DNA of 64,000 nt from Eledone cirrhosa (Eukaryota): positions 403,372,001-403,436,000 of the forward strand of contig OZ024740.1 of assembly GCA_964016885.1 (NCBI GenBank), in the 5' to 3' direction. Below, piece after piece: positions 51,544 to 64,000 of this stretch. The position numbers and the translations under genes were made by a program. The notes under the pieces were generated by a model. The model was not told the origin of the DNA and made no database searches. It saw only the letters and a program-made list of their open reading frames with translations. How positions within the stretch are numbered: the stretch's first letter is position 1; each line of letters opens with the position of its first letter.

Positions 51544-54500
51544 CTGGCCAGTATCTTGTTCTAGGTTCTAATTCTGAGAACTACTGACCATTTCAACATA
51601 TTGACCAGTCAGTCTCACTCTGGCCAGTATCTTGTTCTAGGTTCTAATTCTGAGAACTACTGACCATTTCAACATATTGACCAGTCAGTCTCACTCTGGC
51701 CAGTATCTTGTTCTAGGTTCTAATTCTGAGAACTACTGACTATTTCAACATATTGACCAGTCAGTCTCACTCTGGTCAGTATCTTGTTCTAGGTTCTAAT
51801 TCTGAGAACTACTGACCATTTCAACATATTGACCAGTCAGTCTCACTCTGGTCAGTATCTTGTTCTAGGTTCTAATTTTGAGAACTACTGACTATTTCAA
51901 CATATTGACCAGTCAGTCTCACTCTGGTCAGTATCTTGTTCTAGGTTCTAATTCTGAGAACTACTGACCATTTCAACATATTGACCAGTCAGTCTCACTC
52001 TGGCCAGTATCTTGTTCTAGGTTCTAATTCTGAGAACTACTGACCATTTCAACATATTGACCAGTCAGTCTCACTCTGGTCAGTATCTTGTTCTAAGTAC
52101 TAATTCTGAGAACTACTGACCATTTCAACATATTGACCAGTCAGTCTCACTCTGGCCAGTATCTTGTTCTAGGTTCTAATTCTGAGAACTACTGACCATT
52201 TCAACATATTGACCAGTCAGTCTCACTCTGGTCAGTATCTTGTTCTAGGTTCTAATTCTGAGAACTACTGACCATTTCAACATATTGACCAGTCAGTCTC
52301 ACTCTGGTCAGTATCTTGTTCTAGGTTCTAATTCTGAGAACTACTGACCATTTCAACATATTGACCAGTCAGTCTCACTCTGGTCAGTATCTTGTTCTAG
52401 GTTCTAATTCTGAGAACTACTGACCATTTCAACATATTGACCAGTCAGTCTCACTCTGGTCAGTATCTTGTTCTAGGTTCTAATTCTGAGAACTACTGAC
52501 CATTTCAACATATTGACCAGTCAGTCTCACTCTGGTCAGTATCTTGTTCTAGGTTCTAATTCTGAGAACTACTGACCATTTCAACATATTGACCAGTCAG
52601 TCTCACTCTGGTCAGTATCTTGTTCTAGGTTCTAATTCTGAGAATTACTGACCATTTCAACATATTGACCAGTCAGTCTCACTCTGGCCAGTATCTTGTT
52701 CTAGGTTCTAATTCTGAGAACTACTGACCATTTCAACATATTGACCAGTCAGTCTCATTCTGGTCAGTATCTTGTTCTAGGTTCTAATTCTGAGAACTAC
52801 TGACCATTTCAACATATTGACCAGTCAGTCTCACTCTGGTCAGTATCTTGTTCTAGGTTCTAATTCTGAGAACTACTGACCATTTCAACATATTGACCAG
52901 TCAGTCTCACTCTGGCCAGTATCTTGTTCTAGGTTCTAATTCTGAGAACTACTGACCATTTCAACATATTGACCAGTCAGTCTCACTCTGGTCAGTATCT
53001 TGTTCTAGGTTCTAATTCTGAGAACTACTGACCATTTCAACATATTGACCAGTCAGTCTCACTCTGGTTAGTATCTTGTTCTAGGTTCTAATTCTGAGAA
53101 CTACTGACCATTTCAACATATTGACCAGTCAGTCTCACTCTGGCCAGTATCTTGTTCTAGGTTCTAATTCTGAGAACTACTGACCATTTCAACATATTGA
53201 CCAGTCAGTCTCATTCTGGTCAGTATCTTGTTCTAGGTTCTAATTCTGAGAACTACTGACCATTTCAACATATTGACCAGTCAGTCTCACTCTGGTCAGT
53301 ATCTTGTTCTAGGTTCTAATTCTGAGAACTACTGACCATTTCAACATATTGACCAGTCAGTCTCACTCTGGCCAGTATCTTGTTCTAGGTTCTAATTCTG
53401 AGAACTACTGACCATTTCAACATATTGACCAGTCAGTCTCACTCTGGTCAGTATCTTGTTCTAGGTTCTAATTCTGAGAACTACTGACCATTTCAACATA
53501 TTGACCAGTCAGTCTCACTCTGGCCAGTATCTTGTTCTAGGTTCTAATTCTGAGAACTACTGACCATTTCAACATATTGACCAGTCAGTCTCACTCTGGT
53601 CAGTATCTTGTTCTAGGTTCTAATTCTGAGAACTACTGACCATTTCAACATGTTGACCAGTCAGTCTCACTCTGGTCAGTATCTTGTTCTAGGTTCTAAT
53701 TCTGAGAACTACTGACCATTTCAACATATTGACCAGTCAGTCTCACTCTGGTCAGTATCTTGTTCTAGGTTCTAATTCTGAGAACTACTGACCATTTCAA
53801 CATATTGACCAGTCAGTCTCACTCTGGTCAGTATCTTGTTCTAGGTTCTAATTCTGAGAACTACTGACCATTTCAACATATTGACCAGTCAGTCTCACTC
53901 TGGTCAGTATCTTGTTCTAGGTTCTAATTCTGAGAACTACTGACCATTTCAACATATTGACCAGTCAGTCTCACTCTGGTCAGTATCTTGTTCTAGGTTC
54001 TAATTCTGAGAACTACTGACCATTTCAACATATTGACCAGTCAGTCTCACTCTGGTCAGTATCTTGTTCTAGGTTCTAATTCTGAGAACTACTGACCATT
54101 TCAACATATTGACCAGTCAGTCTCACTCTGGCCAGTATCTTGTTCTAGGTTCTAATTCTGAGAACTACTGACCATTTCAACATATTGACCAGTCAGTCTC
54201 ACTCTGGCCAGTATCTTGTTCTAGGTTCTAATTCTGAGAACTACTGACCATTTCAACATATTGACCAGTCAGTCTCACTCTGGTCAGTATCTTGTTCTAG
54301 GTTCTAATTCTGAGAACTACTGACCATTTCAACATATTGACCAGTCAGTCTCATTCTGGTCAGTATCTTGTTCTATGTTCTAATTCTGAGAACTACTGAC
54401 CATTTCAACATATTGACCAGTCAGTCTCACTCTGGTCAGTATCTTGTTCTAGGTTCTAATTCTGAGAATTACTGACCATTTCAACATATTGACCAGTCAG

Positions 54501-57397
54501 TCTCACTCTGGCCAGTATCTTGTTCTAGGTTCTAATTCTGAGAACTACTGACCATTTCAACATATTGACCAGTCAGTCTCACTCTGGTCAGTATCTTGTT
54601 CTAGGTTCTAATTCTGAGAACTACTGACCATTTCAACATATTGACCAGTCAGTCTCACTCTGGCCAGTATCTTGTTCTAGGTTCTAATTCTGAGAACTAC
54701 TGACCATTTCAACATATTGACCAGTCAGTCTCACTCTGGTCAGTATCTTGTTCTAGGTTCTAATTCTGAGAACTACTGACCATTTCAACATATTGACCAG
54801 TCAGTCTCACTCTGGCCAGTATCTTGTTCTAGGTTCTAATTCTGAGAACTACTGACCATTTCAACATATTGGCCAGTCAGTCTCACTCTGGTCAGTATCT
54901 TCTTCTAGGTTCTAATTCTGAGAACTACTGACCATTTCAACATATTGACCAGTCAGTCTCACTCTGGCCAGTATCTTGTTCTAGGTTCTAATTCTGAGAA
55001 CTACTGACCATTTCAACATATTGACCAGTCAGTCTCACTCTGGTCAGTATCTTGTTCTAGGTTCTAATTCTGAGAACTACTGACCATTTCAACATATTGA
55101 CCAGTCAGTCTCACTCTGGCCAGTATCTTGTTCTAGGTTCTAATTCTGAGAACTACTGACCATTTCAACATATTGACCAGTCAGTCTCACTCTGGTCAGT
55201 ATCTTGTTCTAGGTTCTAATTCTGAGAACTACTGACCATTTCAACATATTGACCAGTCAGTCTCACTCTGGCCAGTATCTTGTTCTAGGTTCTAATTCTG
55301 AGAACTACTGACCATTTCAACATATTGACCAGTCAGTCTCACTCTGGTCAGTATCTTGTTCTAGGTTCTAATTCTGAGAACTACTGACCATTTCAACATA
55401 TTGACCAGTCAGTCTCACTCTGGTCAGTATCTTGTTCTAGGTTCTAATTCTGAGAACTACTGACCATTTCAACATATTGACCAGTCAGTCTCACTCTGGC
55501 CAGTATCTTGTTCTAGGTTCTAATTCTGAGAACTACTGACCATTTCAACATATTGACCAGTCAGTCTCACTCTGGCCAGTATCTTGTTCTAGGTTCTAAT
55601 TCTGAGAACTACTGACCATTTCAACATATTGACCAGTCAGTCTCACTCTGGTCAGTATCTTGTTCTAGGTTCTAATTCTGAGAACTACTGACCATTTCAA
55701 CATATTGACCAGTCAGTCTCACTCTGGCCAGTATCTTGTTCTAGGTTCTAATTCTGAGAACTACTGACCATTTCAACATATTGACCAGTCAGTCTCACTC
55801 TGGCCAGTATCTTGTTCTAGGTTCTAATTCTGAGAACTACTGACCATTTCAACATATTGACCAGTCAGTCTCACTCTGGCCAGTATCTTGTTCTAGGTTC
55901 TAATTCTGAGAACTACTGACCATTTCAACATATTGACCAGTCAGTCTCACTCTGGCCAGTATCTTGTTCTAGGTTCTAATTCTGAGAACTACTGACCATT
56001 TCAACATATTGACCAGTCAGTCTCACTCTGGTCAGTATCTTGTTCTAGGTTCTAATTCTGAGAACTACTGACCATTTCAACATATTGACCAGTCAGTCTC
56101 ACTCTGGTCAGTATCTTGTTCTAGGTTCTAATTCTGAGAACTACTGACCATTTCAACATATTGACCAGTCAGTCTCACTCTGGCCAGTATCTTGTTCTAG
56201 GTTCTAATTCTGAGAACTACTGACCATTTCAACATATTGACCAGTCAGTCTCACTCTGGTCAGTATCTTGTTCTAGGTTCTAATTCTGAGAACTACTGAC
56301 CATTTCAACATATTGACCAGTCAGTCTCACTCTGGCCAGTATCTTGTTCTAGGTTCTAATTCTGAGAACTACTGACCATTTCAACATATTGACCAGTCAG
56401 TCTCACTCTGGCCAGTATCTTGTTCTAGGTTCTAATTCTGAGAACTACTGACCATTTCAACATATTGACCAGTCAGTCTCACTCTGGCCAGTATCTTGTT
56501 CTAGGTTCTAATTCTGAGAACTACTGACCATTTCAACATATTGACCAGTCAGTCTCACTCTGGTCAGTATCTTGTTCTAGGTTCTAATTCTGAGAACTAC
56601 TGACCATTTCAACATATTGACCAGTCAGTCTCACTCTGGCCAGTATCTTGTTCTAGGTTCTAACTCTGAGAACTACTGACCATTTCAACATATTGACCAG
56701 TCAGTCTCACTCTGGCCAGTATCTTGTTCTAGGTTCTAATTCTGAGAACTACTGACCATTTCAACATATTGACCAGTCAGTCTCACTCTGGCCAGTATCT
56801 TGTTCTAGGTTCTAATTCTGAGAACTACTGACCATTTCAACATATTGACCAGTCAGTCTCACTCTGGCCAGTATCTTGTTCTAGGTTCTAATTCTGAGAA
56901 CTACTGACCATTTCAACATATTGACCAGTCAGTCTCACTCTGGCCAGTATCTTGTTCTAGGTTCTAATTCTGAGAACTACTGACCATTTCAACATATTGA
57001 CCAGTCAGTCTCACTCTGGCCAGTATCTTGTTCTAGGTTCTAATTCTGAGAACTACTGACCATTTCAACATATTGACCAGTCAGTCTCACTCTGGCCAGT
57101 ATCTTGTTCTAGGTTCTAATTCTGAGAACTACTGACCATTTCAACATATTGACCAGTCAGTCTCACTCTGGCCAGTATCTTGTTCTAGGTTCTAATTCTG
57201 AGAACTACTGACCATTTCAACATATTGACCAGTCAGTCTCACTCTGGCCAGTATCTTGTTCTAGGTTCTAATTCTGAGAACTACTGACCATTTCAACATA
57301 TTGACCAGTCAGTCTCACTCTGGCCAGTATCTTGTTCTAGGTTCTAATTCTGAGAACTACTGATCATTTCAACATATTGACCAGTCAGTCTCACTCT
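51544..57397. repeat. Tandem array (minisatellite), 76-bp unit, about 77 copies
   Basis: Unit CTGG(T/C)CAGTATCTTGTTCTAGGTTCTAATTCTGAGAACTACTGACCATTTCAACATATTGACCAGTCAGTCTCACT. Period confirmed at 51544 and 51620. Copies nearly identical, no spacers. Confidence 0.97.
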
Positions 57398-57479
57398 ATT
57401 TGATTGATTTATTAAGCTGTTATTTTGGTTTGCTTGGTAATTATCAGATTTGAAAATTACATTTATTTATAACCTATAC

Positions 57480-57860
57480 TATGATGATGATGGTGGTGGT
57501 GGTGGCAGTGGCGGTGGCGGTGCTGGGGGTGATTCTACAACAATAATGATGATGATGATGGTGATGGTGATGGTGATGGTGATGAAGATAATGATGATCA
57601 TGGTAGTGGTGGTGGTGGTGGTGGTGGTGGTGGTGGTGGTGATGATTCTGACGACAATAATGATATTGATGATGATGATCATAATCATGATCATGATGAT
57701 GGTGATGATGATGGTGGTGGTGGTGGTGGTGGTGGTGGTGTTGATGATGTTGGTGGTGGTGGTGGTGGTGGTGGTGGTGGTGGTGGTGGTGGTGGTGGTG
57801 ATGGCAATGATTATGATGATGACAACAATGAAAGAGGACTACAGTGATGATCATGATGAT
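57480..57860. repeat. (GAT)n/(GGT)n trinucleotide tract
   Basis: Direct inspection; the poly-His and poly-Val ORFs here are artefacts. Confidence 0.95.
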
Positions 57861-60599
57861 ACCTCTCCCTCCGAGCATTCATTGATTTAAGATTACATGA
57901 TATTGGATTGATGAAGCAAGGACTAGCTTGCTAGACCATGCAAATTAGACATGTAGTCCACCACGCAGTAAAGATTTCATTAGTTTCTATTTAAGTTATA
58001 AATAAAATACCTTGACAACAAATTAATGAGAGATTGTTTCAAGAGGTGTTGATCAATAAAGTTTGTTACTTTCATAGATCATGGGTTAATATTCTTATTG
58101 AGAGTAGTTTATATAAGACATGACATATTCAGTTGTGTTTTACTGTAAATTGATAATTAAAGACAACAATCTCTTTTTATTAATATTTAAATTGGTAGAA
58201 TAATAAAATTGGAAAGCTGGAGAATGAACCTCTGTGTAGCCATCAGCTTTCTAGAAATAGCAGCCAAATCTTTCTCTAGATCACACCCAGTTGTCTTTCA
58301 CTCTCTTGATACTAAATTGCTCGAAACTGCCCCTTATTCTATGATACAAAGCTGTTTATTTTGAAGTGGTTATATTTATCTAAAAACGTTTCATGAATTC
58401 TATTTGAAAATAATTAGCAGTGTCTTTTATTGGGAATATGGCAATGAAAGCGTTAAATAACAGCAATCTTTGTTTTATAATAGCAGCAACATTAGAAACC
58501 TGAAGAAGGAATCTCTATGCAGCTGCTCAACATTCTAGAAATAGCATCCAAATCTTTCCTGAGATCACATAAAGAAAGAAAGACATGTTGGACAATGCAG
58601 ACCAGGTTATACAAACATTTGAGATAGTCATGGTTGGATTCTCTTTGATCATAGATCTGCTCATTTAGAGCTGATCAGAGCCTATACAACAATCTGATAA
58701 AGAAACTTGTGTATGCTCATTTGATCTGGTAGATATAGCAGTAAAATCTGTCTCAAATCACATGCTATCATCTTATAAGTACAGAAAAACACTACTTCTG
58801 AAAACAAAAAATGGTTGGAATATTTTTTTATCATAGGTCTGCTCCCTCAGAGCTGACTTGGGATTAAGCAGCAACAAAAATAATAGCAAGAACAACTACA
58901 ACCTAAATTCCTTAAATTGTTTTCTCTGTATATAAACATTGGTTTTTAATTGGTTTTAATATACTTTATTACATTGCTTAACAAAGAATTTCTGCCAGTG
59001 ATCACTTTGGAATATACCAGAATACATATTTGGTACTGATTTGAAAATGGTCTTTGGTTTTTCAGTAACATGTATAGTTTTTAAGGTAAGCCCAATTATT
59101 TTTTTATGGCTATATTTGAAATATTTTGTATTTTTCAGATTTATTTTTATTGTTTAATCATGGACCATTTCAGATTCCCCATGGCTGAGAGGGAGGAAGG
59201 TATCTTTAACCTGGCCTGAATGCTTGCAAAAGATTGGGCTCTGCCACTAAATGCAGCCAAAAACCAAGTAGTAGTGTTAACGTGGTTATAAATTAAATCT
59301 ACAACTTGGATCATTGCTATTTAAACAACATGTGTCATGAATATAGAAATCATCAAGACTTTTATTGCTGATACTTTTTCAACTAAAACACAATGATGGA
59401 CACTTATAAAATATCTTAAGAAAAAATTCTAAATATATTTGTTGTTATACATAGACCAAGGCTGGGAACCAAATAAAATCAGTTCTGAGAAATATATATC
59501 CCAGTATATAGTTAAAAATTAGAGCTCTTGGATAAAACAAATATCTTATTTAGATGATTTTTAAAAAACTGTTTTAGTCTAGGAAAGAAGCTTTTGAGAT
59601 TGGTCGAAGAGAGGGATAAAGTTATCCTCAAACCTGAAACATGGCTCGAATGCTTGAAATAAAGTGGACCCTACTAAAGGTATCCAAAAACAAGGTCATG
59701 GTATTAAACAGAGCAATGTATTAAGTCTCCTACCTGAATAGAGTACAGCAAGATTTAAACTCAGAATATGAGGTGTGTAGCTGTATCATAGGCAGGCTAA
59801 CAGAGAAAAGAGATTTTGTGTGTGGCAGATCCACAAGGGTTGTTAGCTGAAAGAGCACCAGTGAAATAAACTTTTTTCAATCCATTGAATGCTCCAAAGA
59901 AGTAGTTGGTAGCTGTTATCTAGGTGGCCTAATTAGCTGTGGGAAAGGATGGTCCAAAAGCATAGTAACCAGAATAAGAACTGGGCGAGAGGTACCATAT
60001 ATGATACCTGTGTATGAAAGAATATGTTGTATGATAGAGAGGTTGTGTGAAAGCTGTAAAGAATTGAATCAATCATGCAGCATTGGATGTGTAATGTTAA
60101 TGGGCATAAGTGACAAAACATAGATTTGTTCAGAGAAACATAGGTATAAGGAGAATTAGATGTAATATACAGGAGAGACAATTACTCTAGTATGGACATA
60201 TAATGTATATAGATATAAAAATCGCTGGATTGAAAGGGACAAGTGGAGGGATGGTGTACTTGAGAGGAGTTGTTAAACTTGTGTGAGCAGGGAAAAATGG
60301 ATGAAATAATTATGATGATATATATACTTATCCAACCCATGCAATCATAGAAAATGGATGTAAACGATGATGTTGAGAATAATATATATATATATCCATG
60401 CTTGTGTGGAAAATTTGACGTAAAACAGTGATGATGATGATGATGATATATGTGTGTGTGTGGGCTTACACACACATATATATATTGCTAGTATTTTCAA
60501 TGTAGCCTGAAAAGTATATGTTGTATAATATAAAACCTTGCTTTACATTAATGCTTAACTCTTGTAGATCAAAAGTATAATAATAATAATAATAATAAT

Positions 60600-61108
60600 G
60601 AAATATTGTGTAGTGTTCAGCTGCACTACAACTCATCAAAAAGTGTATGTATAGTACATAGGGTAATGTACAAACGTCAGGAAAATGAACAGTGCATGAG
60701 TCATGATATACACATGTGTGCATGTGTATGGAAGGGGTACATCAGGTGTATTTTTGGTGAATTTCGGGAAGCATGAGGGTTTTAAAGGATGCAGTGTCTT
60801 GGCAGCTAACAACTGACGCAGGCAGTTTGTTCCATGCTTCAGCAACTCTGAGCATGAAAAAATGTTTACGAAAGTCATGGGAGCTGTGCTGTTTTCTGAT
60901 TTTGTTGGCATCTCCACGTGTGTTAGACACATGGAGATCAAAAAGGTGCTCAGGGTTGTTGTTGGCGAGATGGTTAATAACTTTGTGGGTGTTTACCAAG
61001 TCCATTGCCAGACGTCGGAGCTTCAATGAATCCATGCCCAGGGAAGCAAGGCGTTCAGAGTATGGTAGGTGTCTGATGGAGGGTATGCGCTTGGTTGCAC
61101 GTCTCTGA
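60600..61108 (-). mobile_element. 3' end of a CR1-group LINE
   Basis: SLKLRRL..DL...KVI...TRG...KIRKQ...RKHFF.LRV...WNKLP..VV....FK is the CR1/L2-group ORF2 C-terminus, followed by a short UTR and simple-repeat tail. Confidence 0.75.
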
Positions 61109-61514
61109 GTATATTAATTGTTTATTGATTACACACACAATAAAGTAACTCATTTCTCCTCGACCATTTCATGCACATGTAATAAAACATTAAACGTTTT
61201 CTAAACCAAATTCATTTATTTCCATGTTAGGTATATTGTATGGCGAGAAGAAAAAAAAATTAAATAAAAAGGAAAGCAAATAAACAAAACAAAAAGAATG
61301 ACAAAACTAAAAGTTATTTTTACCAGTTATTTATTTAGTGGGAAAATATAGAGTGAGACCTGGGGACAGAAACACATGGAGCAGGACCCTAAGGAGCACT
61401 GTCAGGCAGGACCCACCCCTACTTAAGGATTATTTGAGTCCTGCATAATCAAAAACTGAATGATGATTAGCAGAAAAATTAGAATTTTGAACTAAATGTT
61501 GCATTATATAATAA

Positions 61515-61870
61515 TTTTGTTGTTGTAGTTGTTGATATTATTGTTGTTGTAGTTGTTGTTGTTGTAGTTGTAAATGTTGTTGTTGTAGTTGTTGATGCCA
61601 TTGTTGTAGTTGTTGTTGTTGTAGTTGTAAATGTTGTTGTTGTCGTTGTTGTTGCTGTTTTTGTTGTTGTTTTTGTGTTGTTGTTGGTGTTATTGTTGCT
61701 GTTGTTGTAGTTATTGTTGTTGTTGTTGTAGTTGTTGATGTTATTGTTGTTGTTGTTGTTGTGCTGTGATTGTTGTAGTTATTGTTGTTGTTATTGCTGT
61801 AGTAGTTGTTGATGTTATTGTTGTAGTTGTTGTTGATGTTATTGTTGTAGTTGTTGATGTTATTGTTTAG
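61515..61870. repeat. (GTT)n low-complexity tract
   Basis: Direct inspection. Confidence 0.95.
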
Positions 61871-62061
61871 TTCTTGGTTAGCATTTACTTTACTCTATAT
61901 TTATTATTGTATTTTCACAGTAAAGGCTTTATCTCACATAATTATCTCACATGATATTGAACAATACCTTAACATTAGTATGAGTGGCCAGTTAGAGCCA
62001 GTTTAAACAGAAAAAGATGAGAGAATACTGACCGGTTAACTGGACAGACACTATGATGAAA

Positions 62062-62430
62062 GAAATTTCAGACATAACCAATCTATGTTTTATTCAGACA
62101 TAGTGTTATGTTGGACTACATTATCCAATGGATTATTCCTTGTAATAAAAATAGAGTGTCCTTTGACTAAGATTTAGGTGCTATTTTTAGCAGGCCAAGT
62201 GACCATGTAAAATCTTTCTTATCGAACTGTTTTTCAAACTATGCTGTCCAATGTTTGAAAAACAGTTCGATATGAAAGCTTTTACATGGTCACTTGGCCT
62301 GCTAAAAATAGCACCTAAATCTGACTCAAATGATACTCTACAGTTATTACAAAGAATAATCCATTGGATAATGTAGTCCTACATAACACTATGTCTGAAT
62401 AAAGCATGGATTGGTCATGTCTGAAATTTC
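62062..62430. repeat. Fold-back palindrome, arms about 178 bp, 13-bp loop
   Basis: 62062-62239 versus 62253-62430. The arms belong to the dispersed CTGCTA(G/A)AAATAGCA(G/C)C repeat family. Confidence 0.9.
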
Positions 62431-63699
62431 GTCTAAAATTCAAGGTAATTTTAAAATTGAGTGTGCCATTCAGAAAGCCAATTCTTGAAGTCCTTATAAT
62501 AATAAATAAGAGATATGAAGAACCAGATAGTGTAAGTACATCTAGTCAATTGGAGTCTAACAAGCTTAGTGTAGTAAACAAAAAAAAAACCCTTTTCTAA
62601 TTAAAATTACATCAGTTGTAAATAGAAAAAAAATCATTAGTTTGAATATAATAAAGAAAAACATGGGAGACAACTCTGAAATTCAAATTAATTAAAAATG
62701 TAATTGGAGGGCATGTAGTGGAGAGTCATGAAAATAAGTGACTTGAGTTTATGGGAGGTTTAGAGCAGAAATAGTCCAGCAATCCAGTTGAGTCACTTTT
62801 TTGTTACAAGAGGGAGAGTGCTTAGATATATACCATTCTCGTTGTCATCATCATCTTTCCCTGCTAGCAAGGGTTGGACAGGACATCAAAAGTCCAGGTT
62901 AGTTGTCATGTGGAGCAACTGACCCCTCGGATGGGCTGATGACATACATCTCATGTTTACATATGTTCTTGCACACTACCAGGTACTCAGATGGACTTGA
63001 GGCCAACAACTCACATACAATCCGTCAATCTACCCAGTGCATTTTATAGTGACACCAGCACTAGGGATGTTGTCATTTATTTGACAGAGCTGAAGAGTCC
63101 TCCCGACACATTTTTTGGTAGCTTTCTATGGGTCAATATCAACCACTTTGAGGACCCTTGCTTTAAAGTGTCAACCATAATTCTAATTTCTAAAGTGTCT
63201 CATATACCCGAAAATCAATATTATGGATCCCTACTATTATTTCCACAGCCAAATCTGAAACCTACTTTCATCTTATGTAAACGCAAAAAAGTGTTGCTTT
63301 TGTTTTTTTTTAATATCCTCCTGAAATTTATCTAAAAAGAATTTAAAATAAATAAGATGAATTAAAAAGAAAACAAGTAATATTATACAATTATCATCAT
63401 CATTATTTTAACTCTGCTTTTGTCCATGTTAGTATGGGTTAGACAGGCTGTTATGGTCTATGTCAGTTCTTATTCAAAGTTGCTGTCTTACTTAATGTAT
63501 TATGGAGGTGGTGGGGTGCACATTATGCTGATACATCTGAGTTGAGCATGACATGACACCCTGAACAATCATACTTTGTATAAAAACCAAGCTACATTCT
63601 TAAATTGCTTAGATAACACCACAGTAAGAGGAGGAGGAGGATAGAAAATAAAAACGAAAATAAAAGGTTTTGATTAGAGCCCACTAAATAACAGCAATA

Positions 63700-63912
63700 A
63701 TGTTTTCTACTATAGGCACAAGGCCAGCAATTTGGGGGGAGGGGAAGGTTAATTAAATCAACCCTATTTCATTACTGGTGCTTTATTTTATTGATCCCAT
63801 AAGGATGAAAGGCAAAGCTAACCTCAGCAGGATTTGAACTCACAACATCAAGGGCTGTAACTATATGCCACAAAAAATATTGTCTGTCACTCTACCGATA
63901 CTGCCAATCTAC
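63700..63912 (-). mobile_element. tRNA-derived SINE, same family
   Basis: Reverse copy with core and tail. Confidence 0.75.
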
Positions 63913-64000
63913 AATAATAATGATATCTTTTGACTAGATACAAGGATGTGGATGCAGTACGGCTCTAATGATTAAGAAGTTCACTTTGCAATCCCACTGA

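Noticed and set aside
51544-57397. CRISPR array, tRNA gene array or tandem ribozyme
   Set aside because: There are no unique spacers and no convincing cloverleaf. The minus-strand CUGACUG...GAAAUGGUC lacks the G8-A9 core and a valid stem I.

Overview
Eukaryotic, AT-rich, microsatellite- and repeat-dense DNA. The SINE repertoire and style suggest a cephalopod, probably Octopus (inference). One host gene can be rebuilt on the minus strand: an ODAD1/CCDC114-CCDC63-family outer-dynein-arm docking coiled-coil protein with 7 well-supported coding exons from 43808 to 22557, plus a tentative last exon. Its 12.3-kb fifth intron appears to be GC-AG and holds two Penelope-like retroelements (RT + C-terminal GIY-YIG), one with a 1.4-kb inverted duplication and an Asn-rich insert, and a non-autonomous Helitron. 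The rest comprises tRNA-derived SINEs, decayed hAT, Tc1/mariner, CRE, CR1 and RTE fragments, fold-back palindromes, and a 5.9-kb array of about 77 copies of a 76-bp unit. The most notable signal is a set of type I hammerhead ribozyme motifs with palindromic stem III. Four lie in short ORF-less modules next to (TA)n tracts (208-278, 417-487, 11911-11977, 16967-17021), and variant motifs lie in the 3' ends of both Penelope-like elements. This points to a PLE-dependent, retrozyme-like element system. Most ORFs in the supplied track are microsatellite or antisense artefacts. All folds and family calls were made by eye.
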